From NCBI GenBank assembly GCA_963665295.1, contig OY762209.1, positions 5,248,001 to 5,312,000 on the forward strand: a stretch of 64,000 nucleotides of DNA, read 5' to 3'. Every line of letters begins with the position of its first letter. The first letter of the stretch is position 1. The stretch comes from Syntrophorhabdaceae bacterium. GTDB lineage: Bacteria; Desulfobacterota; Syntrophorhabdia; Syntrophorhabdales; Syntrophorhabdaceae. A program made the translations under genes and the position numbers. The notes beneath the pieces were generated by a model. That model made no database searches. It had not been told where the DNA came from and saw only the letters and a list, made by a program, of their open reading frames with translations. Positions 1 to 10,022 of the stretch are shown here, one piece after another.

Positions 1-1402
1 CCACCAGGATATCTTCATCGTCCACGAATAGTATCCTCTCCACGCCCCTCAAGGTGCCCGGCTCCATGGGTTTCTCCGGCTTTGTCTCCTCGGCTCCCCC
101 AGGAAGGAGCACCCGAAACGTGGAACCCGCGCCGGGCGTGCTCTCCACCGTGATGGCGCCGTGAAGACCCTTCACGATGCCGAATACCGCGGCGAGCCCA
201 AGGCCCGTGGCCCGCCTCGTCTCTTTCGTGGTGAAGAAAGGCTCGAAGACCCTCCTTGCCGTTTCCGGGTCCATGCCTGCGCCGGTATCCTTCACCGCCA
301 GTTGCAGGTAGATCCCCGGCTTGATATCCGGGTCGGGAAGCCGGTCTTCGCGGACCTCCAATCCGGTCAGGCTTATTTCGAGGGCCCCTCCGTCTTCGCC
401 CATGGCCTCCGCGCCGTTGGTGGCGAGGTTCACGAGGATCTGCTGGATTTCTGAAGGGTCCGCGAGGGCGACGTCGGAGGCGCAATCCAACCTGAGGTCC
501 ATGCGGACCGTCGAAGGCAGCGACGCCCTCAGGAGCTTCGTGGTCTCCTTGATCACGGGGGATACGGAAAGGGGCCTTCGCGCATACCGGCCCCTGCGAC
601 TGAAGGCAAGGATCTGTTTCACGAGCTCTCTTCCCCTCAACGCCCCTTTCATTACATATCGAAGATTTTTCACTGCTGTGGAATCTCGGGGGAGATCGTC
701 GAGGGCCATTTCCGCAAAGCCCAGAATTCCTGCAAGGATATTGTTGAAATCGTGGGCAATACCACCGGCAAGGGTCCCTATCGCCTCCAGATGCCGCGCC
801 TGCCGGAGCTGTTCCTCCAGCTTCAGCTGTTCGGTAATATCCCGGGCTACCGCAACATATCCCGATATGCCGCTCTCTTCCCTTATAGGAGACATGCTCA
901 CTTCCGCTCTGTAGGTGGAGCCGTCCTTTTTCCTGCCTGTTCTCCGTCCGATCCAAACCTGCCCTTGCTCAAGGGTATCGCGGATGCGCCGGTAGAACAT
1001 GTTGCCCGGGATTTTGCTGCCGAGAACGGTAATCTCCTCGCCCACAATTTCTTCTCGGGAGTACCCTGTCTTCTTCTCAAATGCCGCGTTCACGTACTGG
1101 ATCTTCCAGTTCGTGTCTATGATCACCACGGTCTCGTCGAGTTGCTCCACCACCGTGGCGAGACGCCCGCGTTCCGCCTCCACCCGCCGACTTTCGCTCA
1201 AACCCGGCGCCGTGGCAAATATGTCCGCCGTCTTTCCTGTGCCATCGTGACAGGTGACGGCATCGCAGAGGACGGGTGTAGCGTGCCCGGCACCTCCGGG
1301 CCCTTCTTCCCGCGCTTTCCGGCCTTCTTTTACACCCGTCACGTCGTGACCCCGGGGAGCCGCTCCGCGGGTGTCCTTCGAAACATACTTCTTGTCTTTC
1401 AT
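1..1402 (-). CDS. PAS-domain hybrid sensor histidine kinase/response regulator (runs off the window at position 1)
   Basis: Correct frame is missing from the ORF track. Manual translation from ATG 1402 gives a PAS domain (ETVVIIDTNWKIQYVNAAFEKKTGYSREEIVG), an H-box (EAIGTLAGGIAHDFNNIL), FFTTK..GTGLGL and the start of a receiver domain (ERILFVDDEDILV). Confidence 0.9.
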   Translation of the reverse strand, partial: MKDKKYVSKDTRGAAPRGHDVTGVKEGRKAREEGPGGAGHATPVLCDAVTCHDGTGKTADIFATAPGLSESRRVEAERGRLATVVEQLDETVVIIDTNWKIQYVNAAFEKKTGYSREEIVGEEITVLGSKIPGNMFYRRIRDTLEQGQVWIGRRTGRKKDGSTYRAEVSMSPIREESGISGYVAVARDITEQLKLEEQLRQARHLEAIGTLAGGIAHDFNNILAGILGFAEMALDDLPRDSTAVKNLRYVMKGALRGRELVKQILAFSRRGRYARRPLSVSPVIKETTKLLRASLPSTVRMDLRLDCASDVALADPSEIQQILVNLATNGAEAMGEDGGALEISLTGLEVREDRLPDPDIKPGIYLQLAVKDTGAGMDPETARRVFEPFFTTKETRRATGLGLAAVFGIVKGLHGAITVESTPGAGSTFRVLLPGGAEETKPEKPMEPGTLRGVERILFVDDEDILV

Positions 1403-1890
1403 TCCTGCGACCTCGCTCACTTACCGTGTATCCCCCTATCAGGGAGTCGGCATTTCAATATGTCACTGTTTTCTTATTTCCTTTTTTCCCGTTGTTTCCA
1501 TCGGACCAACCATCCGACAAATCCGCCTTTTACGCCAACGCCCGCCTTCACCGGGAATCCCTTCCCTGTATGTCGGAACAGACAAGATACACTCGAGCGC
1601 ACGTGAACGGCGCATCAGGGGGAACATGGGGGCGTGACAGGAAGACAAGAGATCTCTACAGTCCGGTATCATGCCCTATCTCAAAAAAGTAAGGCTTCAG
1701 GGAGGCTTCGTCAAGGCTGGTCCGCCAGTGGGTCGCCATCCTCCGGGAAGAGGCGCCCGTACCCTTGCGACCGCCTTTCTCCGGAACTCCCTGATAGGGT
1801 GCAATAAAACAGGATGAGACGTTGCGCGTCCCCATGGAAGGTATTACATTCTTTAATAAAGGACTACCCATACCATTAGAGGAGGATCAT

Positions 1891-2349
1891 ATGCCAAAAG
1901 AGAGCGCTTCTACCCGCACCGGACGGCGGCCACGTTATGCAAAAGAAACCGATACCCCTTATGAGTATCCATCATATCGTCATCTGCATGGACCTGGTTA
2001 CCATGACCCGCTCCATCCGGAAGATATGCATTTCGGAGGAGGATACCGTGACTTTTCAGGGGACGAACAGAAAGACCTTTACGGCGAGCCCAGGCAGGGG
2101 CCCTATGAAGGTGTAGGCCCCAAGGGCTATAAACGCTCCGACGAGCGCATCCTCGAAGACGTATCGGAACGCTTCATGGAGGACAGCCACCTGGACCCGA
2201 GCAGTGTAGAAGTAGAAGTGCGTGGCGGTGAGGTATTCCTCAAAGGGTCGGTACCTGTCCGCTACATGAAGAGGCTTGCGGAGGATATAGCCGTGTCGGC
2301 TCTCGGCGTCAAGGACGTTCAGAACCAGCTCCGCGTAAAAGAAGACTAG
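1891..2349 (+). CDS. BON domain-containing protein
   Basis: GPKGYKRSDERILEDVSERF...VEVEVRGGEVFLKGSV...LGVKDVQNQLRV BON signature; GGAGG RBS before ATG 1891. Confidence 0.85.
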   Translation: MPKESASTRTGRRPRYAKETDTPYEYPSYRHLHGPGYHDPLHPEDMHFGGGYRDFSGDEQKDLYGEPRQGPYEGVGPKGYKRSDERILEDVSERFMEDSHLDPSSVEVEVRGGEVFLKGSVPVRYMKRLAEDIAVSALGVKDVQNQLRVKED

Positions 2350-2431
2350 GAAACAACAAAGATGATGGCGGGACTCTTCAATGGGTTCCGCCATCATCTT
2401 CATCAGCCCGTAGCTCTCACGGCCGCCCGGG

Positions 2432-3388
2432 CTAACGTTCCCCTACTGCGAACATTTCAGCAGCCCATTCAACCCTTGTCTCCGGCGACGAGAAGATACC
2501 GGGTGGAGCCTGGTCTATCTGCAGGAGCCGCTTCCTGAGACCTGCGCCGTTAGCCATCTGTATCTGAAGGCCCGGGCGGGCGTTCATCTCGAGCATAAGG
2601 GGCCCGCGCTCTTCATCGATAACCATATCCACGCCCAGATAGCCGAGGCCGGTCATATCGATGCCTTTTGCCGCGGTGAGGAGCATATCCCCCCATGAGG
2701 GAATCTGTATGCCTGTGACGGGATTCCCCGTGTCAGGGTGGCGGTTCACGATCTCCGACCCGTGTACGGCCCGGAGAGTGACCCCTTTTCCCATGTCTAC
2801 GCCCGCGCCTAGGGCGCCGCGATGGATGTTGGCTTTTCCGTCGGACGCCTTTGTGGGGAGACGGACCATGGCCATGACCGGCACCCCGCGGTAGGCGATA
2901 ATGCGGATATCCGGCACGCCTTCGTAGGTTACCGAGGCAAAAACAGGAGCGGGACGGACGAGGGCCTCGATAAGGGCCTTGTCTTCGAGGGCTTCCAGGG
3001 AGTGAATGCCCGCGAGAATATCGGAGATGTGATAGGTGAAATCTTCGCGGGAAATGATTTGGCCGTTCTGTTTCACAAAACCTTGAACCGTGCGGTCGCA
3101 GACGAGCACGATGCCGCTTCCCCCCGAGCCTCGGGCAGGCTTCAAGGCGAAGGCGCGATGTTCTCCGAGGGCGCTCTCGAACCCCTCGATATGCCCATGG
3201 TTCTCTATTACGTGGTAAAGTTCAGGGGTCGGTATATCGTGCCGGGCCGCGAGCACCTTGGTAATGAGCTTGTCGTCTACTGAGGGGAAGGCGGAGCGTT
3301 GGTTGTATGCCATAATATACTCGGCGTTCCGGCTGTTCATGCCCAGAATGCCGGCTTCCCGGAGCCACTTTGCGGTACTCGACGCCAT
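2432..3388 (-). CDS. Alpha-L-glutamate ligase-like (RimK-related) ATP-grasp protein
   Basis: GILGMNSRN, VDDKLITK, KPARGSGGSGI, VPDIRII, ANIHRGA and LEMNARPGL motifs; the start overlaps the upstream stop (TAATG). Confidence 0.9.
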   Translation of the reverse strand: MASSTAKWLREAGILGMNSRNAEYIMAYNQRSAFPSVDDKLITKVLAARHDIPTPELYHVIENHGHIEGFESALGEHRAFALKPARGSGGSGIVLVCDRTVQGFVKQNGQIISREDFTYHISDILAGIHSLEALEDKALIEALVRPAPVFASVTYEGVPDIRIIAYRGVPVMAMVRLPTKASDGKANIHRGALGAGVDMGKGVTLRAVHGSEIVNRHPDTGNPVTGIQIPSWGDMLLTAAKGIDMTGLGYLGVDMVIDEERGPLMLEMNARPGLQIQMANGAGLRKRLLQIDQAPPGIFSSPETRVEWAAEMFAVGER

Positions 3389-4914
3389 TATTCCTTCCTC
3401 AAGGCGCGAAAACGCACCAACTCGGAAACCCGGTAGCCCGTGTAGCGCCCAAGAAGGATCTGGAGCGCCGCAAGGGCGAGGAGAAGTTCGGGATAGACGA
3501 AGAAGGTGAGTTGAAGGGTCTGGATGTGGATAATGGCGTGGGTAATCGCCGCCACAGCCGCGCTTCCCGCGGCGTTTCTCAGACCTTCCTGGATGCCCGC
3601 CTCTTCGACAATCACAAAAAAACGCTCGATCATCATGGTGAGGATTACGAACGGCAGAAGGCCCACTGCCATGAGTTCCCTTACGCCCAGCTTGTTTCCC
3701 AGGACCGCGAGAAAAGTGAAGCACCCTATGACCGCGGTAAGGATCACGGAAAGTCGCGGTACGAGAAGGAGGTGAAGCTTGTCCAGCACGGAACGCATAA
3801 CATAGCCTACAAGGATCACCCCTGTAAAGATCGCAAGACCGTAGTCAAGGCCGGTGCTCCGGAAAGCGAGGGCCATAAGGACGGGCATGAATATTCCGAA
3901 TGTGGGAAAGCCTATGATATTACGTAATATGCAGACCATGAGGGCCCCTATGGGCACAAGAAGGAGTATACGGAACGTCGCCTGGAACTCGGGGGGCAGA
4001 GAGAAGAGGGACCAGCGGTTGAGCAGCTTGTCCGGTTGCCTGATCCGGTCGAAATAGACGCTCCACTGACTCACGACCTGTTGCCTCAGGTCCCAGCGAA
4101 CCTCGGGCACGCTTCCGCGGGACACACGCACGGGGGATATATCACCCGTGGTGAGAGGAAGAAAGGAGAGGGACTTCTCATATACCGTCCCGGTATCCGG
4201 TTCAATATACGCCCAATGGGTACCGGTCCAGGCTTCCACCATACGCACCGTCTCGCGGGTCACACTTTCCGCGAGGATGAGGCCGTGAGTCACCTGCGCG
4301 GGCAGATCGGCGGCCCGGAAGAGGCCCTGCAACGCCGTTGCCCGCCCGACCCTTGCCGTCACTTTCGACCACATCTTCACATCCGACGGATCGGGAGCCG
4401 GGTCCCCCCACTTTCCTGAGGCGGTTGCGGATATTGCGTGGATTCTGTCCATAACGGGCAGGCGGGACCACCGGTCCGCAATCCGGCTTGCCAGTTCCCG
4501 GTCGCCTTCGCTAAAAGAAGGCGGATAAGGTCCGGCAGGCATGGGTCTTGTCCGGGACGATTTTGACGGTTTTAAAAGAACGATGGCGCGATAACCGATC
4601 ACCGCGCCTGCGGGGCCGGTCTTTCCCGACCATTCGCCGCTCCTGTTTACTCCCTGACGGAGAAGGGTAAAATCAAGGCCCCCTGAGGTAATCCTTTCTT
4701 CGGTTACGGTCTGGCCGCCATGTGTGTAGGGAAGGCTGATCGCAACGTCCATCTCCTTCTGCCCGGCCTCGACAAGCCCTTCTATGGAGAGCTGCCACAC
4801 TCTTACCGCCGACGCGGGGAACAGGGGATATTCCAGGCGTACAACACGGTAAGTTATGAGGGCGGCCGTTACCGCAAAGAGGAACACCGCGAGCAACACC
4901 GCCGGACGCTTCAT
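3388..4914 (-). CDS. Inactive transglutaminase fused to a 7TM domain (UUP1-type membrane protein)
   Basis: N-terminal TM helix, extracytoplasmic domain and C-terminal hydrophobic block with LRNIIGFPTFGIFMPVL, VPRLSVIL, MMIERF and LGRYTGYR; typical position between a RimB-like peptidase and an ATP-grasp gene. Confidence 0.85.
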   Translation of the reverse strand: MKRPAVLLAVFLFAVTAALITYRVVRLEYPLFPASAVRVWQLSIEGLVEAGQKEMDVAISLPYTHGGQTVTEERITSGGLDFTLLRQGVNRSGEWSGKTGPAGAVIGYRAIVLLKPSKSSRTRPMPAGPYPPSFSEGDRELASRIADRWSRLPVMDRIHAISATASGKWGDPAPDPSDVKMWSKVTARVGRATALQGLFRAADLPAQVTHGLILAESVTRETVRMVEAWTGTHWAYIEPDTGTVYEKSLSFLPLTTGDISPVRVSRGSVPEVRWDLRQQVVSQWSVYFDRIRQPDKLLNRWSLFSLPPEFQATFRILLLVPIGALMVCILRNIIGFPTFGIFMPVLMALAFRSTGLDYGLAIFTGVILVGYVMRSVLDKLHLLLVPRLSVILTAVIGCFTFLAVLGNKLGVRELMAVGLLPFVILTMMIERFFVIVEEAGIQEGLRNAAGSAAVAAITHAIIHIQTLQLTFFVYPELLLALAALQILLGRYTGYRVSELVRFRALRKE

Positions 4915-5408
4915 TTTATCTGAGTCCGCGGACAGGTCGGTTTAAGGATGTTGGCGCACAGGCAATCGACCACGAAACCCTGTTCAAGGATATTGCGCCC
5001 CACAATCATGGGATATTTCATTTTGGCACGGTTGCTCAGGTTCACCTTCGCGAGGAGGGCCCTGGAGCCCACGCAGACCTCCATCTCAACCACCGGCCTT
5101 CGCTGGGTGCCCGAAGCCGAGCGCACTTTCTTCCACTCCACCACGGGAAGACTGATCTTTGTGCCCCCATACTTCTCAGGCAGCCTGAACTCCGCCACGC
5201 CATCCGTCACCGTCAGCTCCCGGGCATCGAGAGAGGTCATGAGCGCCCCTGTGTCGATGCGGGCCGGAATCCTGACCTGCCACGGAAGGAGGATCACCTC
5301 TTCTGCGACGCCTATGGACGTCTTTTCTTCACTGTATGCCATACCCCCCGCAAAAAGGACACAGGCCACGAGAAGAACGGCAGAAAAAAGAACTCTAGTG
5401 TCTTTCAT
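4911..5408 (-). CDS. RimB-like retropepsin-type aspartic peptidase ('ATP-dependent zinc protease' family) with signal peptide
   Basis: ARIDTGA catalytic motif, RRPVV and YPMIVGRN; start placed at ATG 5408, 7 nt after an extended -10 TGnTATAAT. Confidence 0.85.
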   Translation of the reverse strand: MKDTRVLFSAVLLVACVLFAGGMAYSEEKTSIGVAEEVILLPWQVRIPARIDTGALMTSLDARELTVTDGVAEFRLPEKYGGTKISLPVVEWKKVRSASGTQRRPVVEMEVCVGSRALLAKVNLSNRAKMKYPMIVGRNILEQGFVVDCLCANILKPTCPRTQIK

Positions 5409-5717
5409 CATCAGCATTATATCAGATCAGTCACGGCATGGACAACTCTAATCCGCTTCCGCCATGCCTGCGCAAGCCGGTATCTCCATGCCCTCGTTAT
5501 GCCCGTCCCTAAATATAAACACTCCCTTCAAAAAAGGAAGGGGGCGGGTCTTGGCTTGAGGTTTGATAAACGAATGGGCAGGGCCTTTAGGGACCCTGCC
5601 CATTAGGGGGGTTATATTGAGGTGCGGGCTCACCTCAATTCTGGATTGCTCTATTCTTACGGCCTCTCATCCGCCGTTCGCAGGAACACTGTACCCCAGA
5701 CATTCCCGCTTAGAAAT

Positions 5718-5746
5718 ACAGTACCCCAGGTGGCCCCCCATGTCAA
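5718..5746 (-). promoter_or_regulatory. Sigma70-type promoter TTGACA-17-TACTGT
   Basis: Perfect -35 and a TAnnnT -10 with 17-bp spacing on the minus strand. Confidence 0.5.
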
Positions 5747-5928
5747 TAGTTTTTTCAAACTTTTTCAATAATTTCGTATCACTATTTTGTCCTTTTCCGT
5801 CCCGGTTTCACCGGAGCTTCATTTTCTCTCCCCCGTTCCTGATGCGAGACAACCGTAAGGTATCGAAGGAAATTCCTTCCAGCCTCGCTCGCCCTTTACG
5901 TCCGGGCCTCGCAAGGTTATAATGAACC

Positions 5929-6267
5929 ATGAAGAAGAAAGGACCCAAGGAGCCTCTTGTACCTGTGGAACGCTGTGATACCATCCGGAAGTACGTAACA
6001 GCTCTTCTCGAAGAACACACCATGTCTGCCAAGGAACTCTCGGGTATCACCAGGGTCCCCGAGCGGGAGATGTACGATCACCTCGACCACATCAGAAAGA
6101 CCCTCCACAAGACCAGTCAGCGCCTTCGCGTGGAGCCGGCCCGGTGCGAGAAATGCGGGTTCGTCTTCCAAAAGAGGGCAAAGCTTTCGAGACCCGGCAA
6201 ATGTCCCCTCTGCCACAGCCAACTCATCCTCCCTCCCCTCTTCTCCATCAGCCACGAAGACGACTGA
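5929..6267 (+). CDS. HTH plus Zn-ribbon transcriptional regulator (COG3357-like)
   Basis: HTH (MSAKELSGITRVPEREMYDHLDHI) followed by CEKCGF...CPLCHS. Confidence 0.8.
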   Translation: MKKKGPKEPLVPVERCDTIRKYVTALLEEHTMSAKELSGITRVPEREMYDHLDHIRKTLHKTSQRLRVEPARCEKCGFVFQKRAKLSRPGKCPLCHSQLILPPLFSISHEDD

Positions 6268-6367
6268 CCTGGAGATCCACAAAAACCTTTACATCCGGTG
6301 GTCACTCCGTTTATAATTGGCTCGAATATTTCAGGGAACTACCCACGAACTCTATGAGGTGAAGTCA

Positions 6368-7360
6368 ATGATTACCGGTATCGGAAGCCTGCCTTTCACA
6401 GACGTGGATGAGGCGATAGACCTTATATTTTCCACGTGCAAGGAGATACCCTTCTGGCCCCAACTGCCCAAAAGGTCCTCCCGCGAAAACATGTACACCA
6501 CATTCCTGGACGGGGTCCCCTGTATAGGGGTGGACGAGGCCAAGGGCGCAGTCTACATGGACACGCAGAAGACGGACGGCATAGAGGAGTTCTACGACAA
6601 CTACTTCAACGAAAATTTCGAAGCCTTTGCCGTGTCGCCCGAATCCGCGCCGGGGTTTTACCGGTTCCTCGAACGGCTGGGAGAGGTAAAGTCAGGAGTG
6701 ACGCACATCAAAGGACAGCTTACCGGCCCTTTCAGCATGGGCCTCGGCCTTCCCGATGAAGAGGGCAAACCTATTATTTACAACGCCGCCTTCTTCGACA
6801 TTATCAAAAAAGCTCTTGAAATGAAGGCCAAGTGGATGACCCGGAAGTTGGGAGAGGCTGCTCCCGGCACACCGCTCATCGTATTTTTTGATGAACCCTA
6901 TATGGTCTCCTTCGGTTCCGCTTATGTGTCCATCTCCAAAGAAGAGGCCATCGCCCTTTTCGATGAGGTGACGAAGGGGATCACCGCAAAAAGAGGGGTC
7001 CACTGCTGCGGCAATACGGACTGGTCCGTGCTCTTTAATACCACCCTCGATATCGTTAATTACGACGCCTTCAATTTCCTTGAAACCATCTTCTACTTCA
7101 AGGAAGACCTGCTCAGGTTCCTTGGACGGGGCGGCTTGATATCCCCGGGGATAGTGCCTTCTTCGGAAAAGGTGCTCGAAGTCTCCCTGGAGGAAATCCG
7201 TGCCCTGTCGGCTGCCTTCGACACGCAGATGAAGGGGGCAGGCATCGAGCCGGGCCTCAGGGAATGGCTCTTCACCACGAGCTGCGGCCTGGGAAGCCTG
7301 GGCAACCCCGAAACCGAGAGGGCCATGACCCTGCTCAGGGAACTCGCAAAAGGCTCCTGA
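6368..7360 (+). CDS. Core (folate-independent, MetE C-terminal-like) methionine synthase, MesB-like
   Basis: TGIGSLP, FWPQLPKRS..ENM, KGQLTGP, FDEP, zinc ligands HCC and SCGLG; single barrel of about 330 aa. Confidence 0.75.
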   Translation: MITGIGSLPFTDVDEAIDLIFSTCKEIPFWPQLPKRSSRENMYTTFLDGVPCIGVDEAKGAVYMDTQKTDGIEEFYDNYFNENFEAFAVSPESAPGFYRFLERLGEVKSGVTHIKGQLTGPFSMGLGLPDEEGKPIIYNAAFFDIIKKALEMKAKWMTRKLGEAAPGTPLIVFFDEPYMVSFGSAYVSISKEEAIALFDEVTKGITAKRGVHCCGNTDWSVLFNTTLDIVNYDAFNFLETIFYFKEDLLRFLGRGGLISPGIVPSSEKVLEVSLEEIRALSAAFDTQMKGAGIEPGLREWLFTTSCGLGSLGNPETERAMTLLRELAKGS

Positions 7361-7421
7361 GCGGCCGCCCGGCAAAACAAACCTGTATGAATGAGGGCCG
7401 ATTGGTATTATACTCTTCCCC

Positions 7422-9026
7422 GTGAGAGTGCTCCTGGTCCAACCGCCCATCGAAGATTTCTACGACACCTCAATACGCACCTATCCCCTGTCCCTCCTTT
7501 ATCTCGGAGAACGGATCAGGGATATCTCGGAGGTGACCGTCCTCGATCTCAGGACCAACCGTAAGCCGCGGCCTCTGGCAGGCCATCCCTTCCCTGAACT
7601 CGAACCCTATTACAATCCTCACGTGCGGACCCCGTTTTCTTTTTTCGGCGCTTACTACCGGTTCGGCCCCGACGACGCGAGGATAAGGGAAGAGATTGAA
7701 AGGGCGAAACCGGGCATAGTCTGTGTGTCCTCCCTTTTTTCCACTTATTCCCTGGAGGCCATGGGGGTTGCTCAAATCGCCAAAGAGATCAACGGGGAAA
7801 CGGTGACCGTAATAGGGGGGATTCACCCTACCCTCTTCCCCCGCCATGTACTTGCGTCTCCTTCGATCGATTACGCCATACGGGGGGAGGGCGAAACGCC
7901 CCTTTTCATGCTCGTGAGAGCCCTCACGGAAGGCAGGACCTTGAAGGACGGCACCATCGCCGGTCTTTGCTACAAAGAGGGCGACGGTTTCCATATTGCG
8001 GAACCCCACGTTGAACAGGATATCGATTCCCTTCCCGCGAGAAGACTCATCGACCCTCATGCGTACCGCATCGGCAGAAAGGACTATACCTTCTTCCTCA
8101 CCTCCAGGGGTTGCCCTTTTCATTGCGCTTTTTGCGGCAGACCGTCGACTCCCTACAGGAAGAGGAGCCTTGAAAGCGTGGAACGGGAGTTGGAAGACTG
8201 TCTCGACCTCGGCATAGGCGCAATCGATTTCGAAGATGACATGCTGACCCTGGATACCCGTTTCTTTCGCGCAGTCCTCGGACTCTTCGAAGGACGAGGC
8301 GTCACCCTTTCCGCCATGAACGGCATCTATAGTGAAAAACTCGATAAGGCTACCCTTGAAGATATGTTGACGGCCGGGTTCAGGCGGCTCAACTTTTCTC
8401 TCGTCGATATATCCCGTCCCCTCATGGAGGATCAGAAGAGGCTTTTTTCTTCCAACTTCCTGGGACTTTTACCCTATCTCGAAGCCTCGCCATACCTTCT
8501 GGAAACCCACTTCATCATCGGCCTGCCGGGTCAGACCCCTGACGAGGTGCTGGAGACCATGCTCTTCCTCATGGGCAAGCGGCTCCTTGCCGGACCGAGC
8601 ATCTTTTACCTCGCTCCCGGGAGCCCCGTCTTTGACGAGACAGCGGGGGCAGATTGGGAAGGCGGCCTCAAGTCGATGCGGTCGAGCGCGATGCGCCCCG
8701 TCAATCCTCTTCTCCCGCAGGACACCTTGTTTACCCTCATGAAACTTACGAGATTCATCAATTTCGTGAAAGGCATCGTCGACCGCGAGCCGGGAGTGAA
8801 GAGGCTCTCCGATCTCATGGAGGTACCCGCCATAAAGAATCACTCCTTTAACGGAGAAATTGTCTCCACCTTGTGCAAGGATCATCGTTTTACGTGGTAT
8901 GACCTCTCCGCCAAAGCGCTCCGTCCGGAACCTCAGGACGGCCGTCTGGTGGAACTTTTCTTTCGAAGGGCCAGGGGACTCTTCATACGGGGATTCAAAA
9001 CGACAAACTCCCTTGTGATCGATTGA
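7422..9026 (+). CDS. B12-binding domain radical SAM protein
   Basis: N-terminal cobalamin-binding-type domain (VSSLFS, GGIHPT, GEGE), SRGCPFHCAFC CxxxCxxC motif and FEDD. Confidence 0.9.
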   Translation: MRVLLVQPPIEDFYDTSIRTYPLSLLYLGERIRDISEVTVLDLRTNRKPRPLAGHPFPELEPYYNPHVRTPFSFFGAYYRFGPDDARIREEIERAKPGIVCVSSLFSTYSLEAMGVAQIAKEINGETVTVIGGIHPTLFPRHVLASPSIDYAIRGEGETPLFMLVRALTEGRTLKDGTIAGLCYKEGDGFHIAEPHVEQDIDSLPARRLIDPHAYRIGRKDYTFFLTSRGCPFHCAFCGRPSTPYRKRSLESVERELEDCLDLGIGAIDFEDDMLTLDTRFFRAVLGLFEGRGVTLSAMNGIYSEKLDKATLEDMLTAGFRRLNFSLVDISRPLMEDQKRLFSSNFLGLLPYLEASPYLLETHFIIGLPGQTPDEVLETMLFLMGKRLLAGPSIFYLAPGSPVFDETAGADWEGGLKSMRSSAMRPVNPLLPQDTLFTLMKLTRFINFVKGIVDREPGVKRLSDLMEVPAIKNHSFNGEIVSTLCKDHRFTWYDLSAKALRPEPQDGRLVELFFRRARGLFIRGFKTTNSLVID

Positions 9027-9188
9027 TTCCAGGGGCCTCGCATTTATGGACCCTTGTTTCGCCGCGCAAGTTGATTGTTCTTGAATTTCTCATTTAGATT
9101 AACTATAAAGAAAAGAAGGTTTGTCTGGAAGGTTTATCGTAAGACCACCGCCATTCCTTGGTGGCTATAACGGAGGGGAGGGTGAAAG

Positions 9189-9986
9189 ATGAGTAGAGGG
9201 AAACATGTCCTTTGGGTGCTGGGCATAGCGCTGGCGTCCCTTATAGTCCTTGCCGGGTGCGCGGGAGAAACCGATCAATCCCTGGAGAAGATAAGAAAGA
9301 CAGGGTATATTAGAATCGCCACGACCCCCGGTTACCCTCCATTCACCTACTACAACGCAAAACATGAGCTTATCGGTTTCGACGTCGGCGTGGCGAGGGA
9401 AATCGCGAAAGGGCTCGGCGTCAAATTGGAACTGGTGGCGATCCCGTGGACGAAAATAATCGCGGGCCTCAACAAATGTGAGTACGACGCGGTCCTGGGG
9501 AGCATGTCCATAACGGAAGAAAGGGAAAAACTCGTCGATTTCTCCGTACCCTATTATTATGCGCGGTCCCAGGTGATGGTCCCCAAGGGTTCCCCCCTGA
9601 AGAACCTGAAAGAACTCACCAATAAAAAGATCGGCGTCATGGGGGGCACCACATTCGAAGAGGATGCCAAGGCCCAGGGAATGACCCGCATCTCCCGCTT
9701 TGACACGAACAACGACGCTTTGAACGCCCTCAAGCGGGGAGAGGTTGACGCGGTGGTTACGGACGACGTGGTAGGCATGTACGCAAAGAACCGCCAGGGT
9801 ATCGACGTAGAGCCCCTGGGGGACACCTTGAGCAGCGACAAGATCGCTATCGCCGTCTGCAAGGGGAACCGCACCCTCCTCAAAAAAATCAACGCCGTCA
9901 TCGCGGACATGCAAAAGAACGGCACCCTGACCCGCCTCGTGGAGAGAATGGCTTCGAACAAGTACGACGAACCCACGCAGAAATAG
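9189..9986 (+). CDS. Polar amino acid ABC transporter substrate-binding lipoprotein (family 3)
   Basis: Lipobox LAGC; YPPF, GFDV and SITEER..VDFS.PY motifs. Confidence 0.9.
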   Translation: MSRGKHVLWVLGIALASLIVLAGCAGETDQSLEKIRKTGYIRIATTPGYPPFTYYNAKHELIGFDVGVAREIAKGLGVKLELVAIPWTKIIAGLNKCEYDAVLGSMSITEEREKLVDFSVPYYYARSQVMVPKGSPLKNLKELTNKKIGVMGGTTFEEDAKAQGMTRISRFDTNNDALNALKRGEVDAVVTDDVVGMYAKNRQGIDVEPLGDTLSSDKIAIAVCKGNRTLLKKINAVIADMQKNGTLTRLVERMASNKYDEPTQK

Positions 9987-10022
9987 GAACGCCGGAGCGC
10001 GGGAAAAGGGCGCCTCGCACCC

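Noticed and set aside
15..956. 313-aa minus-strand ORF in the ORF track
   Set aside because: Off-frame shadow of the real histidine kinase frame (1402 to <1).
3389..3724. N-terminal extension of the ATP-grasp ORF
   Set aside because: Overlaps the 7TM gene; family similarity starts at ATG 3388.
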